Origin: Chiloscyllium plagiosum
Taxonomy: Eukaryota
Direction: 5' to 3'
Assembly (NCBI RefSeq): GCF_004010195.1
Contig: NC_057719.1
Coordinates: forward strand, 78,631,502-78,663,774
Length of the DNA: 32,273 nt
The position numbers and the translations under genes were made by a program. The notes beneath the pieces were generated by a model. The model saw only the letters and a list, made by a program, of their open reading frames with translations, searched no databases and was not told the DNA's origin. This document shows positions 11,368 to 21,911 of this stretch, piece after piece. How positions within the stretch are numbered: the stretch's first letter is position 1; the number at the start of each line of letters is the position of its first letter.

Positions 11368-11975
11368 GGGAATGGTAGTATTGTGGTTATGTTGCTGGGC
11401 GAGTAATCCCCAGACTTGAATGATTCAAAGACATGAGTTCAGACAGATCTACCATGATAGCTGGGGGAATTCAAATACAGCTAATTAAATAAGTCTGGAG
11501 TAAAAAAGCTATTATTAGTCATGGTAACCAAGAACTATTAGAGGAAAGTATAAACCATTTCACTGATGTCCAACAGGGTAGGAAATCTGCTGCCTCGATG
11601 GCCAATATATTACCCAAGACTCTCAGTGATGCAGTCAACTCTTAAAATCCTCCTGTAAAGATTTGGCAAGCCAACTGGTTCCATCAAAGTTTGAAATGAG
11701 TGAAACCAGATGGAACTCCCGGCATTGCCCTGGGCATTGTATTTGGATGTGAAAATGGGGATTCCCTGCTCAATTGACCAAGTGTATCCTTATTCCCTGA
11801 TATCTGGGGACCTGTGCCAAACATGGAGAGGCATCCCACAGCCTAGACAGGCCAATGTCTGGCATAGTCATACTCACAGAATCCTATCACAACTCATGTC
11901 CCAGGTATCTCACACGCAAGCAGGATAGACCCACTTGAGATGTGATACATTGTCTGAGGGGAGGTTCCATTGATA
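11368..11975 (+). mobile_element. SINE family B head and body continuing into a LINE APE endonuclease N-terminus
   Basis: 11368-11680 is colinear with SINE B. 11799-11940 reads DIWGPVPN/GEASHSLDRPMSGIVILTESY...QDRPT. Confidence 0.7.
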
Positions 11976-12059
11976 CTAAATACCTCCCCCGCCCCCCCAC
12001 CCCCTTGACAGCTGAGTTTTTGCCTACTGCTTAACCTGTGTACATCCCTCTGCCTTACT

Positions 12060-12330
12060 TTGTGTCCTTCTCACTTGGGTGGGGAGGGGTGAGCAGTTTG
12101 GAGGGCCTCCTCATGGGCCTGACTAAAGTGTCTATGATGAGGTCCACTCACTGTGCCATGGAAGGGTTGACGTACCCAACTGTCTGCCTCTCCTCTGTGG
12201 TTACATCTGCTCTCGGGTGTCCATCGAGAGGAAGCATGTGATGTCCGATGGGATGATAGAGGCCTTTTGAGATCAGTGGGGACTGCAGGAGCTTGGCTAC
12301 ATCATCTTACAGTGTTATACTGATTTGATA
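12060..12330 (+). mobile_element. Tx1/L1-like LINE ORF2 C-terminal fragment
   Basis: GLLMGLTKVSMMRSTHCAMEG/CLPLLCGYICSRVSIERKHVMSDGMIEAF*DQW resembles Tx1-clade C-termini (recalled from memory). Confidence 0.55.
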
Positions 12331-12415
12331 AGTGTCTCTTCTATCAGTTTGCATTAACTACAGGCAGCATCTGTTCCAGTGCTCCACCAAAGTCTGTTTA
12401 ACCCATGAAAGATTG

Positions 12416-13012
12416 TTTTTATTTATTTGTGGGATGTGGGCATCTCTGGATGGCCAGCATTTATTGCCCATCCCTAACTTGCCCTTGAGAAGGTGGTGGT
12501 GAGCTGCTTGAACTGTTGCAGACCCGCACTGCCATTAGGGAGAGACTTCCAGGATTTTGACCAAGCACCTGGGAAGGAACAATGTAGTATTTCCAAGTCA
12601 GGATGGTGAGTGGCTTGGAGGGGAATTTGAAGGTGATGGTGTTCTCAAATATCTGCTGCCCTTATCCTTCTAAATGGAAGTGGTAGTGAGTTTTGAAGGT
12701 GCTGTCTAAGGATCTTTGGTGAATTTCTGCAATGCATCTTGAGGATAGCACACACTGCCGCTACTGGGTGTTGGTGGTGGAGGGAGTGGATACTTGTGGA
12801 TGTGGTACCAATCAAGCGGGCTGCTTTGTCCTGGATGGCGTCAAACTTCTTGAGTGTTCTTGGGGCTGCACTCATCCAGGCAAGTGGGCGTAGTCCATCA
12901 GACTCCTGACTTGTGCCTTGTAGATGGTGGACAGGCTTTGGGGAGTCAGGAGATGAGTTACTTGACATTGTATGGGGTTTATGTGGTGAGTCCAGTTGAG
13001 TTTCTGGTCAAT
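12416..13012 (-). mobile_element. LINE family X 3' end
   Basis: ORF 12645..12968 has PLAWMSAAPRTLKKFDAIQDKAARLIG..SLHHQH.VAA; tail GGGCAATAAATGCTGGCC..GCCCACATCCC plus an A-rich end. Confidence 0.85.
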
Positions 13013-13424
13013 AATAAGGTAAAACAGAGAATTGGTGGCAGTTCTTTACCCCATCCTACAGTTGGTAATATTGTTTTTGCAGTTACTGTCCAGTTTGAAC
13101 TTAACCTTTAAATGCACTTCAAATGTCAGTTTGAATGAGGAATGGGATGGTTTGCTTTAAATGTAAAAACGTATTTTGGCACAATGCAGTGACGCAGTGA
13201 TGGGAGACTTGCCAGGATGATCAATAGTTTATAAATATAACATAATCCTGCATTATGGAGCATCTACTGATCAGATATTGATTCTCCCAATGGGTGAGAA
13301 TCTTCAAGCAGCATTGACTCATCTAAAAACAGTGAGATCACTTCTCAAATTTAAAATAAGGACAGAAAATTCTGAGGATGCACAATGAGTCTTTTAATAT
13401 CTGAAGAGAGAAGGGCCAGGTTGT

Positions 13425-13570
13425 AATAGAAACATAAATTGGATACAGCGCAGAAGGAGCCCATTCAGCCAGCCATCAATGCCACGTCTCTGTAGGACCA
13501 GCTGAGTGGTCCTACTGTCCTGCCTTTTCTTTGTAATTCTGCAAATCTTTCCTTTTCAGATAATTCCTCT
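13425..13570 (-). mobile_element. Old CR1 3' end
   Basis: Tail-like ACAGCGCAGAAGGAGCCCATTCAGCC, similar to the other CR1 tails. Confidence 0.5.
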
Positions 13571-14069
13571 TTATTTGGAGTCTCTAATCAGGTCTCTTTC
13601 TTGACCAGAAAATTCAAATAACAGGGTACAAAGTCAAAGGTGGTATTCTCTCTAGCTCTGTATGCATTACAACTTATCCTTTTAGCGGCCTCAGACATAG
13701 TTAACTACCATCCTTGACCAAAGCCAATGTCCAGTTCTATGAGACTGTCCTCACTTAGCTTCACTTTTGCTCTGCATTCATACCTTTATAAATGCTTTAT
13801 CTTCTCACCACTACCTCTGGGTCCACCAGAAACCTAAAAGTGGCCTCTTTTTCATTTACCTATGAACTTTGATAACTTCTTTTGCAGACCAGTGATCATC
13901 ATCAACATGTTCATTGACGATGTACAACACTGCCAGTACCCCCCAGTTGTCTGACCTTGCTGCTGTCTTTGGTTCGTCAGACTGCTTGTCCAATATCGAG
14001 ACTCGTACCTTCTCTCTCCTCACTCGCCCAGGCCTCACACACTATCTCCATGTCAATGTTCTGCTTTTT

Positions 14070-14340
14070 CTGCTCATGTTCACTGCTCTGTACTGGGGTC
14101 ATCAAACACTTTGTAGCACACCTCCATTCAGTTTGCAAGCTTGATCCCAAGCTTCTCGTGGCTTGTTGTTTTAATTCACCATGTTGCTCCCACACTGACC
14201 TCTCTCTCTCCTTGGCCCACTGTATTGTTGCAGTTACCCTCAATGGAAACTTGAGCAACAATCCATCTTTTGATGAGGTGCTTTACAGCCTTCCAGACTC
14301 AACATTGAATTCCTCATAGATACCTTTCCCCTGTTTTATT
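14070..14340 (+). mobile_element. Old Penelope-like GIY-YIG fragment
   Basis: CSCSLL..FVAHLHSVCKLDPKLLVACCFNSP..SHTDLS and KLEQQSIF..GALQPSRLNIEF, homologous to the family A protein end. Confidence 0.7.
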
Positions 14341-14699
14341 TCCTTCTCATTGTATGATTCATTGTTACTGTTCTTTTCCTCAGTTGGTCACCAACAACAC
14401 ACCTGCTGTAGGAACTTCTGTTAGTTCTCTGAGTGAAATCTTCCCAATTCCTGAATGACACGCAAAATAGTGAGAAAGTTGGGAAAATGAGGCAGGGCGC
14501 CTATAAGGATCTTCCTGACATTGAGAGCAAAAGGTCGTCTTTTCCAACTGAGCTTTGGAAGTTGGGACAGATTTCTTACTCATGAGCTGAGAGAGGCCTG
14601 TTTTCACTCAGGGACAGTCTCGTTCTTATTTAATTTCACCTCACGCTCTGGCAGCTTAGAAACTAAACACTAGGAATTCCTGACTTGAGCAGGTCCCTA

Positions 14700-15400
14700 G
14701 TGACTCCAGCTTGCCCATTCATTCTCCAGATCTCCATCTTAGACTCCTGGCACCAGCATTTCCTGGGCACACTTCGTGGGCAGCAAACCCCACTTCCACA
14801 GATGTGAGCATCTGACATGTACCAGTCTCGCTCCACCATCATGGCACACCCTCAATCCACTTGCAGTACACTGCTTCACTTTGGGGCACTCTGGTGTCCC
14901 TCGTTGCTATATTGATGCGAGGCTACTTTGTGGGCAGGAACAGGAATCTAGCTCATCGCTTAGACCAGGCTTCATTTGGGACATTTTCCTTGTGCTCTTG
15001 GTGCCAATTGTTGGAGCACTGGAGTGAGAGGGAGAGTTGGCTGGTTCCTGACCAGTGCTACCTCTGAGGCATCTGTGCTGTCTTCTTGTGGCACCACCTT
15101 CTTGACTGCGGAGACTGTGGTAATGCTGCTCGTGCCTGCAGGGGACTGAAGAGAGAAAGCGTCATGAGCAAAGGGGTAGAAGTTAGAGCATGTTAACGAT
15201 ATGTTCCCAGTCAGGGTAATGGGAGAGTAACATAACAGCAGACAATGCTTCTGACTTTGTTGGTTGTATCTGTGTCTCCACAGGACTGCTGCCTTGCCTG
15301 TGATGACCAAGATCCTGCCCTCATAGGCAGTGAGCATGTCAGGCTCCTTCCTGGCTCTACAGAGCCAGGGATGCTGGGATATTTCTGCCTACAGGGAAAA
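14700..15400 (-). mobile_element. Probable Harbinger Myb-gene downstream exon remnants
   Basis: Acceptor TTTTCCCTGTAG then AEISQH..EPDMLTAYEGRILVITG, resembling the segment after the Myb domain; a second acceptor lies near 15146. Confidence 0.4.
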
Positions 15401-15768
15401 GGAGAATGGGACTAGCATCAGGCAAGCTTGGGGTGTGGGATGTAGTCAACAAGGCAAGTTTGGAATGATAGCACAAGAAAACTCATTCTGCCTCATGGAG
15501 AGAACCTCGACAAAAATGTCAGATTGCTGATCTTTAATGAGATTCAGTCCCTTGTTTCTTTCCTTGCTCCATCAATATAACACTTTCACATTTTGCTGTA
15601 ATCCTTTCTGGAAGTCGGGTGTTGCTGGCAAGGCCAACATTTGTTGCTCATTACGAATTGTCCTTAAACTGAGTGGCTTCCTGGAGCCATTTTTGAAGGC
15701 AGTTAAGAGTCAACTATTTTGAGTGTCTTTAGTCACATGCCAACCAGACCACACAAGGATGACAGCTT

Positions 15769-16465
15769 GGTAAAAACAGTGACTGCAGATGCTGGAAACC
15801 AGATTCTGGATTAGTGGTGCTGGAAGAGCACAGCAGTTCAGACAGCATCCGAAGAGCAGCGAAATCGATGTTTCGGGCAAAAGCCCTTCATCAGGAATAA
15901 AGGCAGAGTGCCTGAAGGGTGGAGAGATAAGTGAGAGGAGAGTGGGGATGTAAATCCACATTGATGCCCTGGGGTTGAAGTGTTCCGAGGTGGAAGATGA
16001 GGCGTTCTTCCTCCAGGTGTCTGGTGGTGAGGGAGCAGCGGTGAAGGAGGCCCAGGATCTCCATGTCCTCGGCAGAGTGGGAGGGGGAGTTGAAATGTTG
16101 GGCCACAGGGTGGTGTGATTGATTGGTGGGGGTGTCCTGGAGATGTTCCCTAAAGCGCTCTGCTAGTAGACTCCAGTCTCCCCAATGTAGAGGAGACCGC
16201 ATCGGGAGCAACGGATACAATAAATGATATTGGTGGATGTGCAGGTAAAACTTTGATGGATGTGGAAGGCTCCTTTAGGGCCTTGGATGGAGGTGAGGGA
16301 GGAGGTGTGGGCGCAGGCTTTGCAATTCCTGCGGTGGCAGGGGAAGGTGCCAGGATGGGAGGGTGGGTCGTAGGGGAGACTTGGACCTGACCAGGTAGTC
16401 ACTGAAGGAACGGTCTTTGCGGAAGGTGGAAAGGGGTGGAGAGGGAAGTATATCTCTGGTGGTGG
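15769..16465 (-). mobile_element. Penelope-like retroelement (family A), 5'-truncated, with 12-bp target-site duplication
   Basis: ORFs 16163..16522 and 15891..16220 carry CHRRNCKAC, IYCIRCSRCGLLYIGETG and RHLEEERLIF. GGATGACAGCTT occurs at 15757-15768 and 16466-16477. Confidence 0.93.
15867..15894 (-). ncRNA. Minimal hammerhead motif (PLE family A), GUC changed to AUC
   Basis: CUGAUGA-A-GGGC(UUUU)GCCC-GAAAC-AUC. Confidence 0.7.
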
Positions 16466-16789
16466 GGATGACAGCTTACCTTTTCTAAAGGACATTAATG
16501 AACAAAGTGGGTTTATAAACAATTGGAGGTAATTTGAAGATCACCATTGCTATGACTAGTAACAATTCCAGAATTATTAGTTGAATTTAGTCTACCAGTT
16601 GCCAGTAGTGAGATGTGAACTCGGGTCCCAGGAGCATTAACCTTGATTATTAGTCCATTGACATTACCATCTCCCTAACTTCTAGAATCACCTTGTTCAT
16701 TCTTGTTCATTGAGATATGCAGTCTCCTTTCATGTCATTCTTTTTCCAGTTTTGTCCCAATTTCTGCCTCTTCCAAGTGACGATTCACG

Positions 16790-17092
16790 CTGTTATGCTC
16801 GTGTTAGGGTATTGTTCAGGATCTGCATGCTGTTCTGTAGTCCTTTGCCCACATCGTCAGTGTTATATTTGTGATTAAACAGCGAGTGCTGGAAGGTCAT
16901 CTTGACTGTGAATACAACCGCAGCTAAGCACAATGCTGTCTTCACCTGATATTCACGTATTTAGCAAAATCAGCTTAATGGTGATCAAAAATGGAAAGTG
17001 CTAACTGATGTATCTTGAATCAAATGTTGGACTCTATTGATCCATATGGCTGCACAGCCTACAATTGAGAATGCTCGCACTGAGTCAAATGT
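16790..17092 (-). mobile_element. Ancient AmnSINE2-like SINE
   Basis: The minus strand follows the AmnSINE2 consensus order as recalled (TCAGGTGAAGACAGCATTGTGCTTAGCTG..CAGCACTCGCTG..TGGGCAAAGGAC); highly diverged. Confidence 0.5.
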
Positions 17093-17464
17093 TACTTCAA
17101 TCTGGAAATTAGGTAATAATCTAAAGTACCTGTTAATAATGTAACATCCAAAAAAAGGAATATTGGCAGCGCATGAGAAGTCTCAGTGTGAGAAGGGAAA
17201 TGTGTGAATTAATTTCAGCAGGGAGTAATAAAAAGGAAATTAAAGAGAGACCTCAGACTGTGTTGCTTTTTCTGATGGTTCACTCTTAATCACACAGTAT
17301 GACAATCCCACTGTGTCTGTGATGTGGTCCTCTGAGAAGCTGGCTTAGTTTCCCAATGGATCATGGAATGAGCAGCAATAGTGTGTTCAGCACTGCAGCT
17401 GAGCAGGGGATGTACTGCTGTCTTCATTCTTCCATCTCCCTGTCACTTTGCCATTCGACAAGTG

Positions 17465-18052
17465 CAACAACAACAAATTGTATTGGCATAGCACCTTTAA
17501 CATAGGAAAATGTCCATGTTTTTCCAACGAAATGGCATTCTAACATAGTTTAACACCTATACACATTAATCATGAGCACAGAAGGCCAACAGAGGGAGAA
17601 TATAAGGAGCGTTGTGGAAAATAGAGAGGGAGGTGAAGATGTTTCAGCAGAACACTCTAGAACAGAGGATCGGACCAGCTGAACCCTATCAGATGGCGCT
17701 GCAATTAAAATAGGGCATGTAGAAGAGGTCACACATTTTAAAGATTGTAGCTACATCAAAGGTTTGAAGGCAAAAGGATGACAAAGTTCAGAAAGGTAAG
17801 GCCACAGAGCAATTTTGAAACAAGGTTGAGAGTGTTTGATTGACTGAAAGTAAATGTGAGCATGGAAATGATGTACAGGATTTGGTGGATGTTAGGACAT
17901 GGGCAGTACAATTGTGGATAACTTCAAGGAGAGTAGCATGTGAGAGACTGGCCAGGGCTACACTGGCATAGTCAAGTCGAGAGGTGACAAAGTCATGCTG
18001 ATGGTTTCAGCAGCAGATGAACTGAGACTGGGTAGAAGTGAGCAAATGTTAT
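17465..18052 (-). mobile_element. L2 LINE 3' end
   Basis: LSSSAAETI/DFVTSRLDYAS and an L2-type tail AAAGGTGCTAT..(GTT)n. Confidence 0.8.
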
Positions 18053-18330
18053 CAATCCCAGTGCATCTATTTCTTTCAAAATAAACTGAGGGTATGTTAC
18101 TAAATGAATGGATGACCTTGGTCCATCGCTAGAAGCTTTCTTCTAATTCAGGACAACTTATTCAGGTCCTTGTACTCTGCTGGAGTCTTACAGTTCTCGA
18201 AACATCCTTGAGAAAACTTCAATTCTTTTCGGACACGCTTTTTAATGGTTGGTCCTGTATAGGTCAGTGTTGAACACTCTCCAGGATTGGCAGGTTCACC
18301 CCACAGCCTTTCTCAGTCGTTACATAATGT

Positions 18331-18348
18331 GTAATAATAATAATAATA
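18331..18348. repeat. (TAA)n microsatellite
   Basis: About six TAA units. Confidence 0.85.
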
Positions 18349-18389
18349 CATAGTGGCTTGAGACAACGCTTCTACCCTCAGTGAAATGA

Positions 18390-18815
18390 CCTATCACCTT
18401 CCAGAGCCTGCACTGTCACCAGGAGTGGTGGCCACTGCTGGAACCGCAGCCATCCCTGAGCGAAATGTGCCAAGCTGGAGCCTGAACTTCAACGTATGTC
18501 AGGGGTCTTGCTGACACCAAGTCCGAGCAAAGCAGGTATGGTTCCCTAACAAACAGGGAAGGGTAGGAAATCTCAGGGGTTTAAATGAGAGGGATTAGTT
18601 TCTGATTGGAGCCTGGAAAGGGAGCAACAATCCTTTACCTTGCCACCTGCCTGCCAGGTTTCACAGGTAAGCTGGACAATTGGCACAGGCCACCCCTCTG
18701 TGTATAAAAACCTAGGAGCATTGGGAGGTGGCCTTTAAGTGGCCACTATTTGGCCTCTTAAGGGCTTCAATTAGCCCATGCCTCCACTGCCATTCATGAT
18801 GTTGCGGCTGGGGAA
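18390..18815. mobile_element. Possible decayed non-autonomous DNA transposon (Harbinger-type MITE interior)
   Basis: Motifs TGGCCACTGCTGG and TTAAGTGGCCACTATTTGGCCTCTTAAGGG are recalled from shark repeats; termini not found. Confidence 0.3.
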
Positions 18816-18847
18816 TATTGTCTTATGTAGTATACCTTGAAGAGATA

Positions 18848-19065
18848 CAGATCATTCTGCTATAACACACATTTCGTTAAGTGAACTCATTGTGACACAA
18901 ATGATGAATTGAGGACGCTGTTTCTAAAATGCAAACTTTTAAAATGTGTGTTGGCTGTAACATCATTAAAACTTTAAGCGCTGTTTCTAAAGCGTGATTT
19001 TTCTCTAACGCGGGGGGGGGGGATTGCATAAAAACACAACCATCATGTTACAGGAGAACCATTTG
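18848..19065. mobile_element. Tc1/mariner-pogo type MITE
   Basis: TA on both sides (18846-47 and 19066-67). The 19-bp TIRs match at 14/19 (CAGATCATTCTGCTATAAC vs CAAATGGTTCTCCTGTAAC). Confidence 0.75.
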
Positions 19066-19959
19066 TATGTTCATGACATTGTCACTGTATCATAGCATGT
19101 TGCTTGAGGGCGTAAAGGTCTCGCAATCTATCTTACCTCAGGGTCACTTGAAGCATGACATGCTTTTGAAAGCATGACGTTCTGCTCCAACTCATAGCTT
19201 AATGTTGGCCTAGAACGTACGTGCTTCTGAATGTAATGTTTGTAGTTAATAGTTAGTTGTAATAAATATCTATCGATTGTTCAAAATCGCAGTTTTTAAA
19301 AATCTTACCGGGGATAATATAAGCATTACTACATCAGTTAAATATCAATTGGAAGCAAACTCACACCACACAAGAGACTGAGATGTCATCCAATTTTACA
19401 GTATGCCAGTGTCTGTCAACCTGCCCCCGAGGATCTGTGAAGTTCAGCCCATCGTAATCAGCTTTGTGCCCAGTGTTAGAACCAAGGTTCAATATAAAAC
19501 TCACATAATGCTGCTGTTGAATTCTAGACTCATGTAAATAAGCTCCAATACTTTGCTTGCGCAGTTTATGGTTTTGTTAACCTGAGTTGCTATTTGTAAT
19601 AATGTTCTGGTTCTTCTTCCCTCAATCTCTTTGCACTTTCACCAAATGTAGGTGATCATTTTCTTGGGCAGACCTGGCCTCCTTAGTCCCCCTATGAAAG
19701 AACCTTGCCTCACCCTCGACTACATCCAATCCGCTCGTGATTGTGTTGAAATTGTTTTGTTATTTGCTCATCGATTCTGCAGTTTATCAACTTCACCTTG
19801 CATTTCATTGTTTTCTTCATGTTAGGTAGGCTACCAGTCAGGCCAGGCCACTTGGGAAGAGCAGAGGAAGCTGCAGGTTTATGAGATGGGTTGAGCAGAA
19901 AATCTGATGGGGACTCTAGCACTATGTTCAAACTTTAAAATTAATATGACAAGTAAAAT

Positions 19960-20290
19960 ACCTTTAACCCATCTCTCCTGTCTCACCCTTTTGTCACCTC
20001 ACTTTCTATTTGCCATCCACGCCAACCTTCATAGCCCTATGCCAGCCTATGCCCACTACTCAGCCCCCATGATCCCCTCATCTCATTCTATCTTAAGCCC
20101 ATCTTCCCATCCTCCATGGCTTCTGATACCCCCAAGCCAACCTACCCATCTCCCATGGCTCCTCAGATCCTACATTCCCTTAATAATCCCCATCATCCTT
20201 CATTGCCACTATGCCAAGTCAGTTCCACCTCACTGACCTCCCTTTGCCAACTGTTCCCGTTGCCAACACACCTATTATCCAGCATGGGCA
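19960..20290. repeat. C-rich degenerate repeat (CCATG/GCCAAC-like units)
   Basis: Strong C skew with recurrent GCCAAC and CCCAT words. Confidence 0.4.
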
Positions 20291-21205
20291 TAATAGTATG
20301 GGCATCAGGACCTAAATTAAGGGTATCAGTATACTGACAATTTCCCTATTAAAAGAACAAAACAGATTTATACAGTACAACATCCATTACAATGAAATTA
20401 TTTTAATTAACAATGAAAATACTTATGAAATCAAATGATTCACTTAAGTGCTTAATCCCTTATTTCAATAATTTCCATTCCAGATCCAAAGTGGTGCCAA
20501 CTCTCCAAAGTGGAGAATGTCAAACACACCAACCCAAGCACCCAGTCCCTGCTGCCCAACTGCCATGGCCCCTCACATTCCTTTGCTCACTTCTGCCTAT
20601 GTCTGTCCACCATCTTCTTCCCCTTTACTTACCATGTCAATATTATGTGTCCATAAGTACTCATTGACACAGGAGAAAAACTGTTGTTCTATTAATTAAA
20701 GTTTTGTCTCTCCGTGTCTTTTCCATTAAAACGTGCACTCATTCTTTTAAAAAAACATTTTGACGCTTACTGACAGTTATTGATGGAACAACACTTCTTG
20801 ATCCGTCTAGATATTTTTTTAACTGGTCTTGACAAACTGAACAATTCAGAGGGGTTTATGCACATTTAACTATTTCCATAGTTAACAGTCCTGAAAGGCC
20901 CTTCTCCTCTGAGTTAGATTATTTTCTTCGGATTTCTTTTCCAACTTTTTAACAATCATGGTGCTGGTTTATTTTCCCATATGTGGTTTTTCTTGTAATT
21001 TACCAACCAGTTATGTGTTGGTGTAAAAACAATTATAATGTTCTGTCACGCATGCATCACAGTGTCTTATTGATAACAAGATGTAGCAGCTGCTTTCCAC
21101 ACACTGTTAATGGGAAAGTCCCAATCAATAACCCAATCTCACAGTTGTTAAATTAGCATGAACGAAGGCAAACACAAAGCTATTGTGTTTTGTAAATGGC
21201 AGCCC

Positions 21206-21552
21206 GGACAGCAAATTAGCTTAGTGGCTAGCATCACTGCCTCACACTGCCAGGGACCCGGGTTTGATTCCAGCCTCGAGCAACTGTCTGTGTGGAGTTT
21301 GCATGTTCTTCCAGTGTCTGCCTGGGTTTCTTCCAGGTGCTCCGGTTTCCTCCCACAGTCCAAAGATGTACAGGTGAGCTGGTTTGACCATGCTAAGTTG
21401 CCCATAGTGTCCAGGGATGTGCAGGCTAGGTGGATTAGCCATGAGAAGGTAGGGTTAAAACAATTGTTTGATACTGGAAGGGATGTTCTTTGAAGGATTA
21501 GTGTGGACTCGATGGGCTGAAAGACCTGCTTCCACACTGTAGAAATTCTATA
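21206..21552 (+). mobile_element. HE1-type V-SINE
   Basis: Head, V core and tail colinear with 5541-5862. Confidence 0.9.
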
Positions 21553-21911
21553 AAGTGGATATTCCTCTTCAACTAAGTGTTAAGTGTTAAGTGTATACAA
21601 TCCAGAGGAATAGTTTCATGAGCCTTATTACAAATGTCTAAGAGGGAGCAAACCAGATATTAATTTTAATAGTACCTCAAGTATAATACATAGTTATTGA
21701 CACTACATTCAAAACATACAATTTAAAGAAAAACTTAATTCTATGTTGATTAAGAACCATTTTTTCCTACTTAATTAAGCAAGCAAATTGTATTTAGTAG
21801 TTGATTCCGATTCTTAACCGTATGCTCATTACCTCATTAGCAATGAATCTTTCTTTGCAGGTTCTTGTCCATTGATATCAGATATACTGGCAGTAAATGG
21901 TGAGAGGTAAC

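Larger units (their letters stand above)
15603..16675 (-). mobile_element. SINE family B split by a Penelope-like insertion
   Basis: 15603-15768 and 16466-16675 rejoin to a sequence colinear with 8126-8497. Confidence 0.8.

Noticed and set aside
19090..19180. CATG cluster resembling p53 half-sites, including the palindrome AAGCATGACATGCTT
   Set aside because: No two good adjacent RRRCWWGYYY half-sites.
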